Of a DNA stretch of 64,000 nt, positions 55,140-64,000 are shown piece by piece (position 1 is the stretch's first letter; each line of letters begins with the position of its first letter). Location: contig CM022665.1 in assembly GCA_012295275.1 (NCBI GenBank), positions 32,054,001 through 32,118,000 of the forward strand, given 5' to 3'. Position numbers and translations under genes: made by a program. This stretch comes from Chrysomallon squamiferum (taxonomy: Eukaryota; Animalia; Mollusca). The notes under the pieces were generated by a model, which saw only the letters and a list, made by a program, of their open reading frames with translations, searched no databases and was not told the origin of the DNA.

Positions 55140-55980
55140 GTATATAAATAAATAAAAGTTAGAAAAAGACAAAGATGAAAGAAGAAAAGAAAGAAATGAA
55201 AATGAAGTGAAAGAAAAAAGAATGAAAAAGAAAAGAAAGAAGATATAATTAAATAAATTAACTGAAAAAATAAAAATAAAATAAAAGCAAAAAGATAAAA
55301 GAGGGAAGAAAAAAGTAAAATTTTAAAAAATATATAAAAAGAAAATTATTATAAAAAAGTTAAAGACAGAAAGAATCTTAAAGTAAAAGAATAACAGAAT
55401 AAAAAAAAGAAGATAAAAGAATCAAAGAAACTAAATACAATAAAGAAAATTAAAAAGGAAACAAAAGTAAAAAGAAATTTAAAAAGATGAAGGAAAAATG
55501 AATGAAAGAAACAAAAGAAAAATTGAAAATAAAAACTTGAGAAAAAGAAAAGAAATGATAAAGGAAGAGAGAAGTAAAAAAGAAAAAATAGAGATAAGAA
55601 AATAGAACGAAGAAAGGAGAAAAGTAATTAAGGTAAAAAAGGGAGAAAATTATAAAAAAAAAATAAAAAAAAAAAAAAAACAAAAAACAAAACAAAAAAA
55701 AACAAGACAAAATGTAAAATAAAAAGAATGAAATAGAAAGTATAGCAAAAATTAAATAAACAATAAAACCAGGAAAAACAAAATAGAATATAAGAATAAC
55801 GAATAAGAGAAAAAAGAGAAAAAACCAAAATAGAAAGAAAGAAATTAAATAACATGAAAAACAAAAGAAAAGGGAAAGAAAAAATGAAAACTAAATCACA
55901 AAGAGAAAAGAAAGAAGAATAAAATAAATTTAAAAATTAATACAAATTAATACAAAAAAATTAAAATAATAAAATGGAAT
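55140..55980 (+). repeat. ~840-bp A-rich polypurine low-complexity tract
   Basis: Almost only A and G on the + strand; source of the spurious Phe-rich ORFs at 55450-55864. Confidence 0.95.
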
Positions 55981-56959
55981 TAACACCTTAAAGAATGATA
56001 TCTAAAAAGTGCTCAATATATAGAAGAAAATAAAATTAAATCATGTGTGTATTCTTTAAGATAAAAAAAAAAAATTCTGTATCAAATGACAGCAGGCAAG
56101 CTGTCTACAGAAAATAATTGAAATCTGATGACCTACATTGTAGCTTAAAACTTCAAAAAAGCCATATTATCGGTCTTACTTTTTATATCATGTAGAATAC
56201 AAGTTTATAACAGACTGAAAAATAGTACACAATAAGATGACTCAGAAAAACCAAAGAAGTAGGTTATGTTTATGAAATGAAGATAAATTTTTAAAATGTG
56301 TTAGAATTTCTTTTCATATAGGGCCTAGCTATTAATTATTTTATACAGACTTAAATACTTAATTTGTTTAATATAATTATTTTGCACATGACTTTCATTA
56401 TATAAATGTAAATATAAATAATAACAGTCAGAAAACTAGCTGGTTAATTATATTATTAAAGTTTTAGGATGAAATAAATTATGATACTATTATAGATCTT
56501 GGGTTTAAAACATTAAAATATTATTACAAACTGAGTTTGAAAAAAATACAATGCTATATTAAACTATTACAGATTTTAAGTGATTGAGAAAAAAATAAAA
56601 TTAAATTATTATTATACTGTTATTATTTCATGTTTGAATAAAAATAACACTATTATAAATCTGGGTTTCGAAAATATTATTATACATCTATAAATTTTAG
56701 TTTCAGTATATTATTACATTACAGGTTTGAATTTGAAGTTATTAATAAATTCTGCAAAGCAATTACGCAACTTGTTATATATCTTTGCTTCTCAAGTCAT
56801 ATGTTAAGGCTTAAATAATCAGTTTGATTATACTTTTTTTTTTTTTTTAATTATATTATTTTATTGTGCCCATCTTCAGAGACTTGAAACAGGTGTAAAA
56901 CAATTCAGTTTTCAGTTTAATATAACTTTACATAAAAAAAGAGTCAATTTTATATATTT

Positions 56960-57050
56960 AAGGAGCATTTTGGAACTGGAAATAATCCAATAATCTTTGC
57001 AGTAGAAAAGTTATCTATGAATCTTTACTAGCTAAGATACATTACACACA
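56960..57050 (-). mobile_element. SINE fragment
   Basis: ggagcattttggaactggaaataatccaat resembles the reverse complement of the family's tatttcccattccaaccagtg segment. Confidence 0.4.
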
Positions 57051-58004
57051 ATGATGTTGAAGAAATATGTTGAATAACCAGGATTATTGGTTTTATTTCA
57101 AAATACATATTACAGTGGTTGGTCCAGTGTTCTGAAAAGGTTGTGTCTCTGAATTGTTGTTGACAGGATTTTCATTATATAACAAACTAACTAAATAACT
57201 AACTAAATAAATAGGTAAGTAAGTAAGTAACTAAGTAAGTAAATAATAAATAATAATAATAATTGTAATAATAATGTCTGTTAAAGTGGATATAATTTTC
57301 ATTATAAATAAATAAATATGTAAATGTAAACAGATCTGTAAATGTAAATTAACTTTCATTACAAAATAATAATAATAATAAGAAGAAGAAGAAGAAGAAG
57401 AAGAACTGGTCTGCCAAAATTGGGAGAAGGCATGGAGCAGATTCAGCTATCTAGATCTATGTGAGATGATCACTGTGGTTTATTTGTATGTAAATACACA
57501 CATCTACATCTGCCTGCAGTCTGTTATGCAGTTGGTGTTGTCTACACAGGGCACACACATGGTTCTGAATTTCACTTGTTATGAAAGAGGGGTTGTAATG
57601 AGTTTGTCTTGTACACTGTTTCTAACCATAAATCAACAACAGATAAACAAACACACTTGTCAGTATAAACACAGATTTGCTTTAAAGAGATAAAAAAAAA
57701 AAATGTGATGATATTATTGCTGCAAATACTGCCTGCCGAATACAATGCTATTTGCTTGGTGCATGAAAATAAATAAATCAATATGTAACAAAAACAATGT
57801 TTTAAAAAAAATAAAAAAATAAACAAACCACAGAAGAATAATGATATGCTTGAAAAAGTTGATGTGCTGCAACTGAAAACAGTAATATCAGTCAGTTGTT
57901 TTAGCAGGCAGTTTTGAAAAACACAGACAATAAGAAAAACAAAAATAATAATTAAAACAATCACAATATTAGAATACTTATTTTACAACTGAAATACAAA
58001 GGAG

Positions 58005-58008
<4 letters not shown>

Positions 58009-58065
<57 letters not shown>
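58009..58065. repeat. (AT)n(AC)n compound microsatellite
   Basis: Seen directly in the sequence. Confidence 0.98.
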
Positions 58066-59885
58066 TAAAATAATAAAATAAATAATTAATAAAATTTCGA
58101 AGAAGAAATTAAATAAATACAATACAAACACTATTTTCAGCAAGATCCAGATATTTATTTGGTTATGTAAAAAAAAAAAAAACCCAAAAACAATTATTGA
58201 TTAAAACATAATTTTTAAAGTTTTTGTCAATTTTTTAAATACTCTGATCATTTATTATGTATTAAGTGTGCAGAATTTGTATTAAGCTACCAAATAGGAA
58301 ATCAGAATATCATGTTCTTTGTTCATGTTACTTCTATAACCCTTGTATGTTCCCTGACAGAAAACCTGTATTATAAACATCTTATCAGAAAACCCAAATA
58401 TCATTATACAAATTTTATTTAATAATAATAACAATAATAAATCCATAGAATCTGTCATATATTTCTATAATATTATAAACTTCCTATTAAGAACCAACTA
58501 TGTCATAAAATACCTCCTGCAATTAGGAGACCTCGATCTCATACACACCAGTTATATACACAATGCAGAAAAAGTGTACTTCAAGGTAAGACTCCTAATA
58601 CATAACAAACATGACAAAAGAAGGTGAAAAGTTATACATAAAATGTTGCAACAGGACTAAATATCAAGCGACTATGCGTGAAAACAACTGACTTTTTGAC
58701 CTGATTGGTTCTGAAGTGTGCTGGAAATCTGTTTAATACTTTCTTGAAGATTAGTAAGCCTGGAAATGGCATCATAAAATCATTGCATGTCAATTGAAGT
58801 GAAAAAGCCAATTTCCGCAGCCCACAGAGACAGAGAGTTATTCAAATTAGTGACTCTCGTCTGTGACTCACTCTTACAGTTTAGTGAGCATGTCACAAAA
58901 TGTTAGCGATTGTCTTCACAGATGTGTGAAGAACTGAAACCAGTTGATTTTCTGAATTTTTTTTTTTTTTTTTTTAAATAAAATTTAAAAAAAGACTGAA
59001 AAAGTTTTAATGTGCAATTTGCAAAACTGAGACAGGTTCATTTCCAGAAAAATATTTTAAAAATGTTGTGCATGTAATATAAGCTTGAATACAAAGTAAT
59101 TGTTTTAAAAGGAAACTATTTCTTTTTTTGCTTTTACTTCTATTTCTTACTTTTTTTCTATTTTTTTTAATGAAAAGAAATCATGAAATTATAACATTTT
59201 CTCTTTCATATATACTAATATAATGATAAAAACACTTGTAACAATTATAATGTGGTGGTAAGGGAAATTAATCCATGTAGACTACTACAGAATATATTAT
59301 AATTATCTCCCTTGTATAAGAAAAGAAGAAGAAAAGAAGCAACTATCTTTTTTCTCTTAAAAAAACAATACTTTTGTATATAATCACTGTAACATTAAAA
59401 TAATATTATCTACTGCTCATACCTCATATTTAAACAAAACTAATTTTTTTTTTAAAAGAAAGAGAAAAAGATTATAAATTATTAATTCATTTTTGTCTCT
59501 TTACAGACATTAATAGTTTATGAATAATATATATGGAAATACACTATTAGATTTTGATATCTGGTAATAACAATTTCAGGCCTGTCTGGACAAATTGTTC
59601 TATGAATTATATATAAAACACCACAACGCAAAGCAGGAAAGAATTAGTATTTGTGTCTGATAGTAACCATAACATATATTTATGGCTGAAGTATATTTTT
59701 GTCTAAAACTGTGATGAATATTACAATGTTTTTGTTTTAAAAAGTCTAGAAATTAAGTCTTACAACTGAAACAGAAATTTTATGAAATGTTTCTAAACTA
59801 ACTGTTATTTATCAAAATATACTTATATTTATTTATTAAATTATTTGTTCTTTATTTTAGACTTGTATTTTAAGAGCATGTTTTT

Positions 59886-59920
<35 letters not shown>

Positions 59921-60149
59921 TTGTGGCTCTTGTTTGTTGTTTTGCTGTCTTTTTATAAGCAGATGGTTTCATTATATTACAAGCCATTTATCAAAATATT
60001 ATTTATTTGACATCAAAACAAGTGACCCCCCCCATAAAAAATTATGTGTGGTCAAGAAGCAAACAGTTATTTATATTAACAGACAATATTTTGTTTCTGC
60101 TACATTTTTCTAAATAGACATAAAAAAGGAATATATAAAATTTACTAAC

Positions 60150-60207
60150 CTGACACAAACTTCGTCGCATCTTCAGCCTGATCCAGAATTTGTACAAAAT
60201 ACAGATA
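60150..60207 (-). CDS. 58-nt exon with an ambiguous frame: MRRSLCQ (ATG at 60170, phase-0 exit) or YLYFVQILDQAEDATKFVS (phase 0 in, phase 1 out)
   Basis: Acceptor tttttcccccctag| and donor CAG|GTTAGT. Two adjacent CpGs are retained (ATG CGA CGA) in otherwise CpG-poor DNA. Confidence 0.6.
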
Positions 60208-62469
60208 CTAGGGGGGAAAAAGTCCTTAATAATAATATTTTATTTTAGGCCAGGACAGAAAAATATCAAAAGAATCACCAGTTTCTCCTTAGATGGCACA
60301 ATTTCACTGCAGATTGAAAAATAATTGTTTCTTCTGATTTTTCTCTTTGTTAATATGTTTGTTAGAATCCACAAAATGTCTTACAGTTTCACCATGTACT
60401 TGGAGAGGTTTGTTTTTAATTGTAACATAAATATCTAGCAGAAAAATTCAGTTTTCATATCTCAGTTTTCAAAAATCCATTAACAATTGTTTTATAAACA
60501 ACATTTCTATAGAATTTGTATGTATTTATGTTATTATTATTATTATTATTTATTTAAAATGCTTTGTATTAACATCTGAAAAAATGTTTAGTCTACCAGT
60601 GTCTAAATATGAATGCTAAATTTATTTAAGATTTGATTTTTACCAAAGTAAGTTTTAAAGTTAATTTTAAGGTAAATTTCACTTCATCAAAATAAAATTT
60701 TCCCACATATTACACAAAACAATGAAGCTCACTGTATTAACAAAGAAAGTTAACACAGTTGTCTAAAATACATACCAAAATATATCAAGAAATATTAGAA
60801 AAAATTAATAGCTTCCTAAAACAAAGAAATAGTCATTTGAAAAATTAACATTATTTCCAAAAACAAAAACTGATTTGACTTATAATATTCATAATAAAAT
60901 TTAACATAATTTTCTAAAACACTAACCAGTGTAGCTATAACATACAGAATAATTTTCACAAAGATGTTTTTCACTATGAAAAATTAAATCTTCTCTGTTG
61001 TAAAAAGACCAGTAACAAAAGAGGGTGAGACATATGTTTTGTAGTAACAATGAGCTGTAACAGTTTTTCTATAAGTTCACTAAGTGCTAACTGCTTAAAT
61101 TTACAAAATGGACAAATTTCCCCCGGCTGCTGACTTCTATACACTTTCAACCACATCTGAATTTTGTAAAGGGTAATGATTTTATTTTAAAGGTTATTAT
61201 GACCAGGAGAGAACAGTGAATCATGAACCCTACAAGTATTTGAAACAGATAGGTTTTGTGTAAAATGTTCATAGAATAAGTAAATTAATAAATGAATCAA
61301 TCAATATTTAATGACATCCCAGAGTGGTTATTACATGTACTGCAGGGTTGTTACTATTAGCCTTCTTCCCACAGCAGAAAAATTAATTATTACTGCTATC
61401 ATCATAAAAAGAAGAAGAAAAGAATATGTTATTTTTAAAATATCAGTAACATACAATGGTTTTTGTTTGGAAATACAGATCAATACTGTTGGTTGTAAAG
61501 ACTTTATTCTGGTTGATCTATCAAAAATTCACTTCACATCTTCTTCATTACAACAGCATTGATCTTATTCAGTGCCACACTGGCTTTGAGTTCAGTTTCA
61601 AATACAGATTAATCCCCTCTCAAACGAACCACCTGGCTATTGTGGCCACTTCTAAAATATGACTGAGTTCAAGAAATTAAATAAATCATTAAATAATAAC
61701 AATAATAAAATTATTTAATGTAGATGATTTTTTTTTTTTTTTTTTTTAAATATGTAAGATTTGGAAAATACATGTACTACAGTGTGAATGAATATGTTGT
61801 AATAGCAAAATTATCTGTTAACTTAATTATTTTTCGAAATATCTGTCTGAAATGAAAATACATATAAACTATAAATTTAAAAGTTTAAAACAATTTTTTA
61901 TATTAAATTTATTTTGATTCATAATGATTTTTAATTAATTAATTAATTAATTATTATTATTATTATTATTATTTTTATTTCTATTAGCATAAATATACTA
62001 ATATAATAAATGACTAATCTATGGTATTATCCAAATTTTTTTTTTTTTTTAAAGTCAAATTCTTTGTCATTATTATATTTTATTTTCAAAGAATTTCTTC
62101 TAACCATTTTACATTTTCTTCAAAATTAAATTATTCTGAGAATGTTTATCAATCAGTCATTTATCCATTATTTTAAACTGAAAGATTTCATTAAATGGTT
62201 AAGTGCTCATTTGGTGAAAACTAAACTAAAAGATCAACAGAATGAACAAATATATTTAAAAGACTGAGCATATCCTTTGAAGTCATATCATGTCTGTTTT
62301 AATTCATCATTTCACAGGAAGAGGCTGTCAGTTCAGCTCTATTAAACTTGATAGTTTCCATGTCAGTTTGCCCACTCAGGTCTTAAAACATAACTGTTTG
62401 AAATGACCTGTGATGAAGAGATTTTTGTGTGTTTTTTATGTTACATTATGAAAAATTATTTTATTGTTT

Positions 62470-62620
62470 TATAATAATAACAACAATAATAACAGTAGTA
62501 GCAGTAGTAATCCTCCTCCTCCTCCTCATAATAATAATAATAGCAATAATAATAAAATAATAATAAAAATAATAATAGTAACAGTAATAATAATATAAAA
62601 AATAATAATAATAATAATAA
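62470..62620. repeat. Compound trinucleotide tract (AAT/AGT/CCT)
   Basis: Seen directly in the sequence. Confidence 0.9.
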
Positions 62621-63662
62621 TTTTTGAACAAAAGGAAAAATAAAAAAACAAGAAATTCACTTAAATCATTATTTAGACTTCCCCTATACTGACTGTGTTC
62701 ATCTTAGCATTCACTATGCTGTGAGTTGTAACAAAATCTCTACTGTATGATTGCTATATTTCATCCGTTCAATATGATGCCTGGGAAACATTTCTTTTAT
62801 CATGATTCAGATTTTTTCCATTATGTCTTTAAGAAATAAATTATGTAAAATGTAACTAATTAGAGAATTATTATAAAATGGGTATTTATTCTACAATACT
62901 TTCCAACTAAACCTATAAACAAAATATGAAGATGAAATTAGCTAATGAATTATATATAAAATCAGATGTTTTGTACTACTTAAGTCAGGCAGGATCTCAT
63001 CACCTGTATGTTATTTGTTACCTGAAGAGTGATCAGCTGACATTACACCACTGAAATACCAATCTTTAACCACTCACAAAACACAAACACTTGGAAAACT
63101 AATTAGATGTTTATAAGATGTATTACAGAAACTTTCACATCCATCCTAGTTATGTATGACCTTTTAATTTGCAAGGAGAAATATTCTATAACAAACAAAA
63201 AAAAAAAATGTATGTAAATAATAAAAAACTGAAATATCCAATGTGTATGTGTATGTATAAAGAAGTACACTTTAGATTGACATAATTTTGAAGAATAGAT
63301 AAATTCTAAAACATTTCCATCATTCATGCAAAACTATCTGATAATTCTGAAAATTCACTGTTGAAGATGTACATAACACTTTTTTTTAAATTTTAAATAT
63401 ACTAATAACAAAAAAAAGAAGAAGAAATAAATAAATACAAAAAGAAAGAAAGAAAGAAAGAAAGAAGAAAATAAAGGAATAAATAATATGAGCTATAAGA
63501 ACATTTTTGTGATTGCAAAAGCAATTGACCAGATTTTGTAAAGGCTATGTTTCTGACCCACACATAATCCCACCCCCCAAAATATAAAATAACATTTCAG
63601 TTCAAGATTGTATAACAGTCTTGACCCTTAGCATTTTTGCTATGTAATTCTATTAATTAATA

Positions 63663-63695
<33 letters not shown>

Positions 63696-63936
63696 GAGAG
63701 AACATTAATAAATATAACAGATGCTCAGAAATTAAACAAAAATCTTTTCATAGTGAAAACATTTACATCTGTATCTGTATACATCATGTACAATACATCC
63801 TGCCTCACAACAACCACTGATTAAATACTATATTATTATGCTCGCTCTCTCTCTCTCTCTCTCTCTGTGTCTCACATTCTCTCGTTAGATTTTCAAATTA
63901 ATAAAAATGAAACAAAACTTGTAACAAAATACCTAC

Positions 63937-64000
63937 CTCAGCTTCTTCCTTATTTTTTCTCACTGTTTTTAATTTTATCTTGAACTTAGCAAGATAAGTA
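63937..64000 (-). CDS. 3' end of a coding exon truncated by the window edge: ...TYLAKFKIKLKTVRKNKEEAE, phase-0 donor
   Basis: Donor GAG|GTAGGT (+ strand acctac at 63931-63936). Only the phase-0 frame stays open for all 64 nt; the other two hit TGA. The peptide is charged and protein-like. Confidence 0.6.

Larger units (their letters stand above)
1..64000 (-). other. Interior (mostly one or more very long introns) of a large minus-strand protein-coding gene
   Basis: All credible exons and GT donors are on the minus strand. The + strand is A/purine-skewed (tracts at 1-360, 22118-22360, 55140-55980), so the minus strand is T-rich as expected for intron sense strands. Pervasive CpG depletion fits invertebrate gene-body methylation. 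Confidence 0.7.

Noticed and set aside
55450-55864. Phe/Leu-rich membrane-protein-like ORFs (also 81-380, 53390-53581, 57572-57964)
   Set aside because: They are translations of poly-A/purine low-complexity DNA.
63022-63050. 29-nt minus-strand exon-like element (tttcag|...CAG|GTAACA)
   Set aside because: Stops arise in the frames needed to join neighbouring exons; at most a non-coding exon, and unsupported.

Overview
This is very AT-rich, strongly CpG-depleted animal genomic DNA that is almost entirely intronic. The repeat landscape suggests a mollusc, probably a gastropod; that is inference from a remembered SINE consensus. All but one ORF-track entry look like microsatellite, low-complexity or repeat noise. 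The real signal is a set of short minus-strand exons: an open exon cut by the right window edge (...TYLAKFKIKLKTVRKNKEEAE|GT, 63937-64000), a 58-nt exon with strong splice sites (60150-60207), a 75-codon ATG-initiated exon with a TxIP motif (49394-49618), a 15-codon ATG-initiated exon (10176-10220) and several weaker candidates. The best of these can all end at a phase-0 donor. The most interesting model is an array of alternative N-terminal exons spread over more than 60 kb, each spliced to a shared exon beyond the left edge. The host gene cannot be named from this window. The remainder comprises more than 15 decayed copies of one tRNA-headed SINE, fossil LINE reverse-transcriptase fragments, old MITE-like elements, a ~50-bp-arm hairpin, minisatellites and microsatellites. 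I found no rRNA, true tRNA, CRISPR array or intact transposon.
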